A DNA stretch of 64,000 nucleotides. It comes from Anthoceros angustus (Eukaryota; Plantae; Anthocerotophyta). Each line of letters starts with the position of its first letter. Within the stretch, counting starts at the first letter, position 1. Shown piece after piece: positions 1 to 12,342 of the stretch. Where the stretch lies: assembly GCA_010909165.1 (NCBI GenBank), contig MU008165.1, forward strand, positions 310,001 through 374,000, read 5' to 3'. The notes under the pieces are model-generated. The model had not been told where the DNA came from and searched no databases. It saw only the letters and a program-made list of their open reading frames with translations. Position numbers and translations under genes: made by a program.

Positions 1-1689
1 TGGTTGTGGCGAACATAGCGATGGTCATGATCGTGGGGGCATGGTGGGGCATGGTGACTCGGGGGCAGGGCAACGAAGAACATGGTAGGGAGAGGCGTCG
101 GTATAAGTGAGTTGTACATGGGGCCGGTACACATCCGTGGAATGGCGATGCAGGACATCAAGGCCGGTAGTGGCGCAACAGATGGGCGGGATGGACAATG
201 GAGGCGAGGGGGGGACCGTGGGGTGACGACATGTGCGCAATGGTGCCAAAAACGCTTTCTCGGCGGGCGGGGAATGGAGGCGCGAGATGTAAATGAGACA
301 TCATCACGGGATCCAGCAGCCTCCAATGGAGATCGACGCGGCCACGACATGGTGACGATGAGGAAGAGCAGGAGGTGGCGGAAGAGGATGGAGATGTGAA
401 CGCGCCTGCGAACTTTGTACACATACCGCCGAGCCGATGCCGAGAGCATGGACCGCATGGGCTCCAAAAGGTGACGCAACCTATGGAGGATGGAGGAGGC
501 CTAAGAGGAAAGGAAGGGAATGCCCAAGGCGATGGGGAAGGAAGAGTTATCCCGAGGGTCAGTGGCAGCCCAAGGAACGGTGACAAGCACGCAATCGAGG
601 CGAAGTGGGCGGAAACAAAACAAAGAGAAGGCCGAGAAGGTAAGCACGCAAATTGCAACCGCACTCGCCACCGCTTGTGCTTACAGCCAAGGGCCATGGG
701 AATGGCATGTGGTCATATGTTCTTGCAAAATTGTGAAACAGGTGGAATCGCGAGTCAGACGGAAGGAAAAACCAGCACGCTTGAGGAAGGGAAGGGCAAA
801 ATCAGAACCGTGTGGAGGTGCAGTTCCATACGACGAGGAGTAGGCCTTCACTGAAACGAGAACGGGCGGGGCAACAGAGAATGCCAACCACAACCCCAAA
901 TTCACCCCTCCCGCGCGAGGAGGGAGCACGGTAGGTCGCGGATGGAGATTGCGGTTCATTCCTCGCCGACGAGAGCACGGACACCGGATGCGGATGCCGT
1001 AGATTCATCCCGCTACGAGGAGGACGCCAATTTTGGATGTGGATGCGGCAAAGAACCGGCATGTTATCTGTAGGGTGCGAAACTACGCCTTCGTTGTTCT
1101 TGTGGTATAAGGGTTTCCAAAACAAGTACCCTATACGGGACGCCCACAAGGGCAAAATACGAGTGACGTGAAAGGCACCGCAGTAATAGGGTGGAAACAA
1201 AGCGTAAAATTTGCAGGTGCACCGTATTGCAAAACGGAGTGCACAACACGGATACCACTTGTAATGTACATAATTTGAAAAGGCATCGATATGTATTTGA
1301 GTAATGACATCGGGCAATACGTGCACGGAAGCCAAGGCATATTATATACTTATAGTCCGTACACGATAACAATAAAGGCGGGGAAAACAAAGGAATGAAA
1401 GCAATAATGGCAAACCCACATGGGAAGGAGGTTCGTACCAAGCCTCGCAAAATCAGAATAAAAGAAGGTGTAACACTTTGGTTGTTGCAAATATGTTGAA
1501 ATTTTGAAAGGGCCAAATACCGCCTCTCACTACATCGCAACAAAATTGCAACAAGATCAGAATGCTGATTGTAACAAGATGGAGGGTTGGTTACCAAGCT
1601 CGACTGTAATAAGGCCAAATAAGTGTAACAAGACCCCAAGATTTTAACATAATTGCAACAAGGGGGGGTTCGAATCTTAACAAAAAGTG

Positions 1690-2060
1690 TAACATAGGCG
1701 GCCTTTTCTAGTAGGGATGCGAGACCACTTTCACCACCCACAAGCCAACTCCACAACAACATGCGTAAGGTCTTGTTAATTAAGGTTGGAAGAGTCGTTT
1801 CCAAACCACTCTCTCCGGATTCCCTCCTTTCATAATGCGAGCCTAGTTTTACTATCCACAAACAAGACAAACTTCTCTCCACTCTCTCGGGACTTCCCTC
1901 TTTCACAATGCGAGCCTAGTTTTACTATGCACTAGCCAGCTCTGGACACAACAACATGAGTTAGTTCATGTCGATTAAGCTTGGAAGAGTCTTCCACACA
2001 AACTTTTCTCCACTCTCCTTCGACTTCCTCCATTCGCAATGCAAGCCCACTTCCACCAGC
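1690..2060 (-). repeat. Dispersed repeat (purine-rich module), inverted relative to the copy at ~7440-7760
   Basis: Reverse complement of 1978-2021 (gaaggagagtggagaaaagtttgtgtggaagactcttccaagc) matches 7655-7710 (gaaggagagagtggagagaagtttgtgcggaagactcttc...ccaagc). The module is also internally repeated (1790-1930). Confidence 0.55.
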
Positions 2061-2106
2061 TTCATGTCTACTAAAGAACCTATAACCGTCTCATACTTAT
2101 ATCAAA

Positions 2107-4066
2107 CAGCGTCTATGTAGAAAGGGGTTTCTCCTGAAACCCCTTTTGCACACCTGAGACGTCGGACCCTTTTGCACTTGAAAAATCCGCACTATTATCG
2201 CCTTGGTATTTCTCTGCGGACATGTCACCGCAACCTTTTGAATAATTGTTTTGATACACGTTATTTGAGATTGTAGATTGCAAGTACGTGGCAAAAACCT
2301 AAAGTCCCATTCTTGTTCGGCTTTTTCTTTCAAACTAGATACAGAATTCGTGCGCAAACTTATGCGCGCAATTACATCTAAATAGTCTCCAACACATGGC
2401 AATCAAACGTGTAGAGTTTTTAGGGCTTGCTGTAATTCTGGTGCCCAAACTTGTTTGCGCACCAACCTTTCATTGATACCAATCAATCCTAAGACTATAC
2501 TCTCGCTCTGGAAATTTTACAGGACTTTGTTTCTTAGACATTGGGACAATAATATCTTCGTTGACTTGATGCTCTTGATCCGCGTGCAGTGCGAGAATGA
2601 GAATGGCATGGTCTGCACTTGGAGCTGGGCCCACGCCAAACATCTCAAGATTCAAAAGGTGCAAAAGGTTCTCACTACTAGTTCAAAGTTTCAACCACTA
2701 GAAAAAAGATGAGGGCTAAGTAAAGATAAGTTTGGATACTTTTGGCTTTGGCGAAGCCCAAGGTGGAGACCCGACGTATCTTTCTCTTGCTAGTGCATAT
2801 CCACATTAGGGAGATGCACCAAAAAGGTTGAAAACGTCGAAATGAACCTTTTAAAACAATAAAAATATCAAAAAATACCAAAAATTCAAAAAATATCAAA
2901 ATTTTAGGACAAATGTGCGCACTTGCCTCAAAAAATTGGACTTTTTTGGGATTTGTTTGGGGTATTTTAGATTGTTTTCTCTTTTTTTCTTTGGATGAAC
3001 CGTCTGGGAATGCACTAGAAGGCTTCATGTGGGTTCATGCTCTTAGGCCCTTTTTGACCTTGGGTGCGCACACAAGTGCACGCACTTGGGCCTCCTTGCC
3101 CCACAGTGCGCGCCCTGGTGGGTGCACACCTCTGCCCCACAGTGCACGCACTTGTGCAGCCTCGTCTGCTGCCCCGGTGCACGCGCGTGCGTGCACCTAA
3201 ATCCCACAGTGCACTTGTGCAGCACAGGCCCTTGCGCGCTAAGTGTGTGCACTGGCCCCTGCCCCGGTGCACGACTTCAGCGCGCACCTAGGTCCCCTGC
3301 CCTGCGCGCACACAGTGCGCACCTAGGTCCCTGCTCACTGGTGCATGCCCAGCGACCGGGCCCCTTGCCTCGGGCCAGTAGACAAGTGTGTGTGTGCACT
3401 GGCCCCTGCCCCGGTGCACGCACCTGGGCCCCCTTACCCCCTGGTGCACGCACTTGTTCACCCAGCTGGGCCCCCTTGGCATGTTTGATGATAAACCCGC
3501 ACTAGGTCACCGCCGAAAGAGACGGAAACGCTGTAAAGGATAAAAAGAGGATATGGTGTTCTTCGTCGTATTAGGGCATAGGATAGATATATGAGAGCGG
3601 TCTAGACGAACCTCCGCCGATGCCTACTACTTGTTATTTTGTGGAGTTCAGACATCCTCGACTCCAAAGGACATGTTTCCCCATTAAAAGATCGATGCTC
3701 TTTTGCACAATCTGCATGCACAAGTTTGCGCATCGTGTTGTTTAGATGCGCACTTATGCGCTAGGCTCCTCGTATACAAAACATACAAAACCACACAAAT
3801 GCGTAAACTACTGACATGACGTAAATTATGGAACAATGAGGTCACTGCCCTTCATCACACCGAAGAGCCATGAACACGAGTTCTGGGCCAACATGTGTAA
3901 ATGACTCGATAGGAAGTGGTGCCGGAGCCGAGAATGCTTGAAACCGATGTTTAATTTTTTTTCAAAAACCAATAAAAACCAAACCAACTTCATTTTTAGG
4001 CGAAATAGGGTTGGGATTTTTTCCAAAACCCCTTATGAGGAGAAACCCCTTTCTACACAGACGCTG
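2107..4066. mobile_element. Non-autonomous TIR DNA transposon (hAT-like), copy 1
   Basis: ~29-bp terminal inverted repeats: CAGCGTCT(A/G)TGTAGAAAGGGGTTTCTCCT at 2107 and its reverse complement ending at 4066. No transposase ORF. A colinear second copy lies at 52785-54989. CAG- termini are typical of hAT, but no 8-bp TSD is visible. Confidence 0.75.
3062..3470. repeat. Degenerate GC-rich minisatellite (gtgcac/gcgcac/ggcccctgcccc units) inside the TIR element
   Basis: Repeated gtgcacgcac and ggcccctgccccggtgcacg motifs. Homologous to the 36-bp array at 53714-54005. Confidence 0.8.
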
Positions 4067-4177
4067 TTTTCTTTGTTTCTTTCGTCCATTGCTTCAGTTT
4101 TTAATGTGTTAACATTACTACAACAACCATCCGTTTTACAAAAATTGGATAACACAAGTGGAGTGTCGCATAGGTTA

Positions 4178-4340
4178 CGTGAATTAAGGGTACTAAAATC
4201 GGTTCATTATTGCCCAGAAATAGATCTAGAGTGGTTCCTGTTCCGATTGGAAGGACAACCATCAAGGTCTTGTGAGTGAGAACATCCAGATCGGACCCTT
4301 GTAATCTATCATGCAACGATGCTACAGAAGAGACCTTCCA
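4178..4340 (+). repeat. Diverged duplicate of the sequence 3' of the auxilin-like gene (19715-19870)
   Basis: gtgaattaagggtactaaaat...ttccgattggaaggacaaccatcaa...cagaagagaccttcc versus gtgaattaagggcaccaaaat...ttccgatcggaaggacaaccatcaa...cagaagagaccttcc. Confidence 0.75.
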
Positions 4341-5133
4341 ACCAGGAAGTTCTTGTATGTGGGCATTACACTCATGTAGGACTTGCTGCCCGCACTCGCT
4401 TTGGCCTCGCTCGAGATCATCCTTTCATTTAGTGTTGTTGTTGGAACTACTCGAAGAAGCCTGCTTGAATTGTGCTCCATATCCTTTGCCTTAACTGTTG
4501 GACGGGCTGCAGATTGTGTGGAAACCGACCATGCACCCATCTGGGATGTGCAACAATCAATTGTAAACTTTCTTCCATCTTCACCATTTGCAGCTACAGC
4601 CCACCAGGGAACTACATAGGAGAGAGGCCCTAATACTAAGGTTAATGCTCGGCTTTGGGGCATGTGGCTAGACCTAAGAAGCCTCGATTTTTCTCCCGGT
4701 CTGCTTGCGTTTTTCATAAGTCATTTTCAGAGGACCCAGCTTGTTATTGAGGTATGTGAGCAGATCTGTGAAGCTTTGATTTTGCTTCCGGTTTGCTTCC
4801 GTTGTGCATGACAAGTACTTTTCCAACACATTCCGTAGGACCCTTGAGATTGTTAGAAGTTAGAACTTTGTGATTCCTTTTGCTTTTGGAATAATATTGT
4901 GAAAGGTCTCCATCTGCCATCCTGATAGTATAGAGGAAAGACCTTCCTCCAAAGTCTAGAATTAGCCTAGTCTGGCTAGCCAATTATTTGCCAGCAATGA
5001 TGCTTGTGGTAGCTTCAATGTTGTCGCAACTCATCCTTGTAATCTTGCGACCATTCATTGTTCACTATTGTGCACTGATTTGAGTTGTTGCGAGGATGTG
5101 TCCCTCAAGGACTTTTGAAATTAGCTTAATCAG

Positions 5134-5292
5134 TCTGATTCCAACCTTATAGATGGATCAGGATTTCCTCTGTTTGGCTCAGGTTGCGATATTTCACTGA
5201 TGTTTCTAGAGCCACAGACAGTTGAACCTGCTTACCTCACAAAATTGGCTAGCCCAACCAATTTTGTCTTGTGGAAAGATAATAGGGACTTG
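5134..5292 (+). pseudogene. Inverted duplicated fragment of the auxilin-like gene's large exon
   Basis: Translates as [47 protein letters not shown], versus [47 protein letters not shown] at ~22958-23115 (minus). Confidence 0.85.
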
Positions 5293-6696
5293 GAGCAGGG
5301 TCACACAAGACTGGATCCTTCCGCGAGTGCGAGCAGGACTCCCAATGCCAGTGCAGTGAGGCGGGAGAGGGAGCTCCTCACGGTGGGCGGTTGCGGATTG
5401 TGGAGATGGAGCCACTTAGATCTGGATTGACATCCACTAGTCACACAAGACTGCAATCCCGGCCCTTAAAGCAGGAGGTCCGGAGAAGGAGAAGAGGACA
5501 GCACAGCGGCAGGATGTGGGGATGCGGCTGGATTTAAACGCAGTAGCAGCGGCAGCGGCCTTCCATCTTTTGCTTCACTGCTGGGATGCAGTGGCATGAA
5601 AGCCAACCATGCTTGGTGCGGCAAGGCGATTGCTGCACCTCGTCCTTCATCGTGCATTTGTGTTCTCGGGCGGGATTCGGTGCACAGCGGCTCGGCTGCT
5701 GCTATTTTCAAATGTTTTGGCCATTTCCGAGCACTTGAATGAATCATGGATGTCTCACTTTATCTCCCATGGGGCCTCTGAGTGTTTTTGCTGTTGCACC
5801 GCCCAAATCAGAGAGAATCATCTTGCCAATTCGGCCTCATATCAGAATGGGGCAATCAGAGAGAACTACCCCGCTAATGTGGCCTAACATGAGAATGGGC
5901 CAATCACATGGTGGACGAAGTTCTCTACTGTGATTTCAGATACAAACCACAACAAACATCGAACCTAATGTGGAGTCTCATGGCTTGTGATTTAATCACA
6001 TGACTTCAGAAAGCATAGTCTCCCGTGGAACCTCCAAGTGTTGTTACACCCCCCGCTAAGCAAAGAGTCTAATTATCTCGCCAATCCGGCTTGATGAGAA
6101 TGGCCAATCACAGATATCGAAGATCTCAAGTTCATGTATTGTGATGGAGATCACATGACTCTAGAAAGTAGAACAATCCATTGGCCCATAATGCACTTGA
6201 AAAAAAGTAACCAAGGATATTTTAAATATATAACTAGAATGTATTTTTTACTTAATAGATATATAATAAATATATATATGTTTTTTTAATTAGCAAACAT
6301 TCATCATCTCATTGTCTCACTCTAATTAGGGATACATATCCTATTAGTTAGCGCATATTTTTTTATTAACTACTAAAGTTTTAACTTGCGGTCGCGTACC
6401 CTAATAATTTGCTAAGTTTGACTCCATGATTATTTGGCTCACTAACTTGCTAATATTTATAATCTATTAAATAAAATTAATTGATGTGGTATATGTTTAG
6501 CTTAATTTTCCAATCTTATGATGTAGAAATCAACGAATTGGCGCATTATCTTAATGTTGTTGCATTGACATCCCAACTTTCTCAACAACGAAAGCACCTA
6601 TTTCTTTCACCTATTGCTTCAATTACACAATACTATGTGGCCTTCAAATTAGGACAATGTATTATGTCCCCACTTATAGTACCAATCCTCATAGTG

Positions 6697-6890
6697 AAGA
6701 CTTTCAACATTTCTAGCAGTAGCAAGTGCTGAGTATGCAACACCGCTTAGGTTGAAATGCTTCTCAAGGTGATCCGGGTCACATATCGTTTACATTCAAC
6801 GTGGAATGTACCAAACTAATGAAGATTTTCAGCATTCCTAGCAGTAGCAAGTGTTGACTATGCAATGCCGCTTAGGTTAAAGTGTGCTCC
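6697..6890. repeat. Two-copy direct repeat (~65-bp core, ~125-bp spacing)
   Basis: gaagactttcaacatttctagcagtagcaagtgctgagtatgcaacaccgcttaggttgaaatg / gaagattttcagcattcctagcagtagcaagtgttgactatgcaatgccgcttaggttaaagtg. Confidence 0.75.
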
Positions 6891-7899
6891 TTGATAGCCC
6901 GGACATTCATATGTGCTCGAGCACCTTGGTTTCCAAAGATAAACAAACCCCTAAGGTGCATCGCATCTATATGTTTTGGCAGTTATTTTGTATATAATAC
7001 GATAGTAGGCTGTGTAATAAACACTTTTATTATATACATGAATTCTTTTGCATAGACAAGCATGTGATATACCTAAAAGCAAGATCTACAACAAAAACCG
7101 CCGTTGAACAAACTATTGCTTTTAGCTGTCATCAAACTACCATTCTGGGAAGTTGGTTTGGCTCTATCATCAGAACCAGGTAATTTGAGAGACATATGAG
7201 CAGGAAAAATAACCTACGGGCATCGAAACCCACAACCACACACCGTTGCCAACCTTCCCTTACCTGTGATCCGCCTAGCGCCTTGCATGAACCATTGTGC
7301 TTTTATGTCCATTAGCAAACCTAACTATCATAATGCGATAACCCGAAAAAAAAGGCTGCTTTTGTGAAGCCCTTCAAGATCTTGGGATCCTCCTCCTAGT
7401 ACGAGGATGCTTACCACTGCTAGAAACCATTTCTATACAAGGGAGTGGAAGGCTTGTGGAAGTGGGCCCGCATTTTGAAAGCACTAAGTCGGGGGAGAGT
7501 GAAGAAAAGTTTGTGGAAAACTCCTCCAAGGTTGTGTGGAGGACCTGGCATGACCCTAACGCATATAGTTGTGGAGCTAGCTTGTGGGCTGGCTTTGGAA
7601 GGAGAGGGAGTGGGAGCGGGAACGGAAGGTGGTGGAAGTGGGCTCGCACACTGGAAGGAGAGAGTGGAGAGAAGTTTGTGCGGAAGACTCTTCTAAAATT
7701 CCAAGCTGAATTGGCATTTTGTTGTGGGCTGGCTTCCCCTGCCAAGCAAGTGGGAGTAGTAGGAGAATCTCTGCTCTTGTAAGACCCTTCGGAATCCTCT
7801 GATTTGGGTATCTCCCCTCTTGTAAGAGCCTTCGGGATCCTCCAAACGAAGTGGAATGAAAATATCTAATCTATCCAATAAAATAAAAAGTTAGCAAAG

Positions 7900-8230
7900 A
7901 CTCATCCTTTTAATTAGTAGGCACTTATTCTAATAACTAGTTAATATTCATCTCATTTATTAGGTACTTAAGCTTTATCCCTCGAATACTCATCGTGGTA
8001 ATTTACTAACGTATATCATTCTTTTAATTAAATAAATTTCTTTTAGGTTTAGCTTAATTCTCTAATCTTATAATGTGGAAAGTAATCAATCAGCACGTTT
8101 ATCTTTCTTTTTTTTCTTAACCCCATATTGCAAAGGCTCTATTTTGCTTATATAGAGATGAGACGGTTTTTAGGTTCTTTCTTCATGTAAATTATTTTTA
8201 AAATATTCAAAAAATACAAAAGAAAGCCCC
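7900..8230 (+). repeat. AT-rich dispersed repeat family, with other copies at ~6290-6560 and ~11040-11380
   Basis: Shared blocks tttaattag..ggcact..ttct, catctcatt.attagg.acttaag, tcattcttttaattaaat and tttagcttaatt.t..aatctt. The 7900 and 11040 copies align best; the 6290 copy shares fewer blocks. Confidence 0.6.
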
Positions 8231-8551
8231 CTTCTTGCTGCACTACAGGGTGGCTCAATCTAATAAGTTCACAATTACGATACGATCTCTACAGTTATCT
8301 CACTCGCAAAAACGGTTGCTATTGTGAAGTCTTTCGGGGACCTTGATATACAATCTTTGTTATCTCACCAGCAAAAAGGGCTTTTATTGTGAAGGCCTTC
8401 GGGAGTGTCTAACATTTGATCTCTGATATACGACCTCCATTGTGTTGCCGACAATGGGCCATAGTTGTTAGACTCTCGGATGCCTCCTAGTAAGTTATCT
8501 TTGCTATTGGAAGAGCCTTCAAGGTCCTCTAAATAAAATAAAAACAAAAAT

Positions 8552-10974
8552 GGAGACTTTATTAATAAGAAGAGATGGGAAACCCATCTACCTTGAACCG
8601 AGGGGGACAACCCACTAAAGGGCCAAGATCCAGGGGGGCTAGCCCCTACAAATGCCAACCTAGAAGCTACCTACCGCCCCGATTATGTCGTGGTCCAAGA
8701 TGAGGAAAGGCCTACCTACAACTGGTGCTGATGACTCCACGTCTCCAGCGCTCGTTGCCGTCCTGTAAATAGCATTGGCCAGCGCCCTCTGTAGGGCGAT
8801 GCATACCCGCTATCGAAAGAAAGCCACCATCAAGGAAAGAGGGAGACCTACCCCGTTCCGACAACTGTGGTAGGCTTTAGCACAATCCTTAATGTGCCGA
8901 GAAAAATCCTTGCCCATAGTCCCGTGAGTCTCAAAGGCAAGAGAGATGAAGGCGTGGCCGTCCGGCAAAGGTATGTACTTGTATACCTTGGCAGTCACGT
9001 ATCCCTCCGTCGCCCAGCCCGGAGGGTTGATAATGATATGCTCACAAATGGAGTTTCATGTAGGGTCAGTGTTGACTCTCCTAGCCCAAGACCTTTAACG
9101 TGTTTTTCATGTAGCTCACGTCCTAGGGCCTTGGTGAGAACATCTGCTGGATTGTCTTGTGTCGGAACGTATAGTAGTCCAATGGTCCCTACTGCTAACA
9201 GTTCTCTTATGTAGTGGTACTCCACTTCCACGTGTTTTCTTCTAGAGTGAAATACCGGGGTCTTAGCAAGTGCGATAGATCCTTGGTTGTCGGTATGTAT
9301 AATTGTACAGGTTGGGAGCTCGATCCTAAGCTCAAAGAATAGGAGTTTGCACCAAAAAACTTCCTTAGCAGCTACTGTGAGTACCCTGTATTCTGCCTCT
9401 GTGCTGAACAGGCAACGGTAGGTTGCTTTTTGGTGGACCAACAGATAGGCCCACTTGCAACGCATAGCACTATCCAGAGACAGATTTTCTCGTGTCTATA
9501 TCTCCTGCATAGTCGGAGTCTGTGTAGACTTCTAGGTCTAAAGGGCTTCCCATCTCGTAGGATTATTTGATGCCTTTGTTGGCTTTCCCCTTTAGATACC
9601 TAAAGACTCGCTTAACACAACTCCAGTGTTCCTGTCCAGGGTTTTCCAGATATTGAGATAGAACACTCGTTGCGTAAGCTACCTCTGGCCTAGTTCCATG
9701 ACATCTGCAACAGAGATTTTGTCCCCGCGGGTCAAAAATAAATCCGCCCTTAGCGACACTCCATTGCGCAGGGTATATGGACACTCCCTGCATGGAAAAT
9801 AACCGGTCTCCTTGGCAATCAAGAACATGACAACGTGAACGGTATCATGCATAGCAATACGTTGCCCTCCAATTAGACAGCGAGCTAGGTGGGACCCTGA
9901 GTCGTCGAGGGGGGTCCCACAGCTACAGGCTGAGAGAGAACAAGCCAAAGGCTGGACCAAACCCAGACGGAACCTGATCGCAGTAGAAAAAGAAGCTGGT
10001 GCGATTCAGAATGCCTAGATGTAAGGCCGAGCTAGGAGCCAAGAGCCTGCTCCCTTCCTCGGCAAGAGCGGATATGGGCACGAACAGGCCGGGGAATAGT
10101 AGAGTCCAAAAGGATTGCCTGCTGTGCCTACCCATATTGCTTCTCATGGAGAGAGGCATGAAGGTCATATAGCCTTGGAAAAGGGCATGGCCGCCCTAGC
10201 CTCGGAGGAAAGGGTGTCCCTGGCCAACTTAAGGGAAGCCTGCAAAGGGAAGGCCTGCAAAGGGATGGCCCCCTCCTCGACGCCCAAGATGAAGGCCTCC
10301 AAGATGGGAACATCCTGAATTAAGAAACGAGCGGTGAAGACAGGGGTAGAGAGGGCACACCTCCCAAGGAAGGCCGTCGGCACCGAGACCTCCATGGCCA
10401 GCAAACCTGTGCCCCCACAAGCAATAGGAAGAGACGCCTGCCGCTGCGCAAGGCCCCCTGCGGCACATTCGAAGGTCCCCGGCCCAATAATGTCTCCAAA
10501 TGCCTGCATAGTCTGTTAATAGAAAAGCTGGGGAGGGAGTTATCGTCCTGGTGAGGTAACCCGGCTGACGCGCAAAGCAAGACAAAATGATGCCAAATGC
10601 CACATGAGGGTCCCCTAATAGAGATAGGTCACCGACGTGGGCCAAGTCCTCCTTCAAAGCCTCATCCACAAAACCCTGAATAAAGGGTGGAGGTCCCATG
10701 GGGACCCCCAAGACTCAAAGTCCCTTCGAAGGAACAATGTCCCCTAGGGAAATTGAAGAGAGGAGTTATGCTAGACGGGGACCAAACCTTGCACTTAAGA
10801 ATCTTGACCCCCAAACCTAGGTGGGAAAGTTGAGAGGAGAAGAGTGCGAAAGCTTTTTGGCTTTGCCCTCGAGTCCTAAGATATGAGTGTTGTCCGCCAC
10901 GGACAGAAAGAGACACTCTCCGACCGCGTCGGAAGTAACAGCCAAGGCCTTGAAGTGCGCACTGGCAAAGAGGG
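8552..10974 (-). mobile_element. 5'-truncated, degenerate CRE-clade (restriction-like endonuclease) non-LTR retrotransposon, copy 1
   Basis: Frameshifted pieces in order: RT motif PLFASAHFKAL...FLSVADNTHILG, GLGVKILKCKVWSP, LGVPMGPPPFIQGFV...CFARQPGYLTRT, QASLPIACGGTGL, zinc knuckle CSCG-x8-HLARC, RIAMHDTV, RADL...VADV, KVYKY...FISLAFETHG and IALQRALA. The 3'UTR has a hairpin and AATAAA (8558-8563, minus). Confidence 0.8.
9072..9696 (-). mobile_element. Ty1/Copia pol fragment (RT C-terminus + RNase H), no LTRs, nested in the CRE-like element
   Basis: GTRPEVAYATSVLSQYLENPGQEHWSCVKRVFRYLKG, YTDSDYAGDIDTR, STEAEY, IHTDNQGSIALAKTPVFHSRRKHVEVEYHYIRE and QDNPADVLTKAL are canonical Copia RT/RNaseH motifs. 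Confidence 0.9.
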
Positions 10975-11624
10975 TAAAATATAATTAAGTGAAATATAAA
11001 TACCCAAGCTACCTATTCACTAAAGTAAAACATTAGTGAACACCCTTCCCTTTAATTAGCCGGCACTCATTCTATTGACTAGCTAACTCATCTCATTAAT
11101 TAGGAACTTAAGTTTTAGATCTCATGTACCTACTCATCCTGCTAGTTTTCTAACATATGTCATTCTTTTAATTAAATCAAGCTAATAAATAGGTTTCTTT
11201 ATTTTTAGCTTAATTCTTCAATCTTCATATAGCTTTGAAGAATCGGCAAGTTATCTTCTAGTTGTTTTCTTAACCACATATTTCTAAAGCTTATTTTGCG
11301 GGTATACAACCCGTTTTTTAAGTTCTATCTGTATGTAGGTTAATTTTTAAATTGTTTTTAAAAATAGGTAAAAAAGCCCCAGCAGAGCTCTTCCGACTAT
11401 GCCAGTTAGCTCAATTTCAGAATCACTTATGGCTCACCTTATAAAGTTTCTCTCCACGCGGGCCTTGGCCTTGGTTTTCTCACACCTCATTCCCGGGGAT
11501 GCTGGCCAAAATACATGACTCAACAATCTAGCAAACAAATCCTTCTCTCTCTCACTGGTTGCTTAAATCTTTTTAGTGAATGCGAAAACTTAATAGATAT
11601 TTCAAAGTATACATCAAAGTCTCA

Positions 11625-12342
11625 CACTAGGATTTTGATATGGAGTAACCCTCATAGGACACTAACGCTTGGTGGCCTCGCGCTATGGAGACGAGGGCTG
11701 GAGTAAGTTCTACCCTGGGATTTTGATATGGAGTCACCCTACAGGACACTAACACCTGGTGTTCGTGACAAGCCATCAACATAGGAAATGGGCTAGTGTT
11801 CACGACAAGCCATCAACGTAGGAAACGGGCTAGTGTTCGGGACAAGCCATCAATTTAGGAAACAGGCTAGTGTTCGCGAAAAGCCATCAACGTAGGAAAC
11901 GGGCTAGTGTTTGCGACAAGCCATCAACGTAGGAAACGGGCTAGTGTTCGGGACAAGCCATCAACGTAGGAAACGGGCTAGTGTTCGGGACAAGCTATCA
12001 ACGTAGGAAACGGGCTAGTGTTCGGGACAAGCCATCAACGTAGGAAACGGGCTAGTGTTCAGGACAAGCTATCAATGTAGGAAACGAGCTACTGTTCGCG
12101 GCAAGCCATCAACGTAGGAAACGGGCTAGTGTTCACGACTAGCCATCAACGTAAGAAACGGGCTACTGTTCGCGACAAGCCATCAACGTAGGAAACGGGC
12201 TAGTGTTCACGATAAGCCATCAATGTAAGAGACGGACCAGTGTTCACATGCTCGGAACATCAACCCGCTATATAATTGTGATAAGTGAAAAAGTACCGTA
12301 TAATGAGTAAACAGTCCTTTGCAACAATTGGAGATAGAAGTG
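11625..12342. repeat. Complex host repeat, left part (ggattttgatatggagt..ccct..aggacactaac modules + 37-bp array). It continues at 18415-18842 and 19472-19610.
   Basis: The same ~87-bp modules appear at 11630-11760 and 18660-18842. Sequence reads through seamlessly once the 12343-18414 and 18843-19471 insertions are removed. Confidence 0.75.
11759..12247. repeat. 37-bp tandem array, ~13 copies
   Basis: Unit gtgttcgggacaagccatcaacgtaggaaacgggcta repeated head-to-tail with no spacers. Confidence 0.95.

Noticed and set aside
1-1906. GC-rich ORFs and the 280-aa minus ORF, including a weak F-box-like SIRDLPCSLL string near 920-950
   Set aside because: No convincing domain. Stops surround the motif, and the 280-aa ORF runs through repeat sequence with a non-ATG start.
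11759-12247. 37-bp repeat array as a CRISPR array
   Set aside because: Units are contiguous with no unique spacers, there are no cas genes and the context is eukaryotic. It is a minisatellite.
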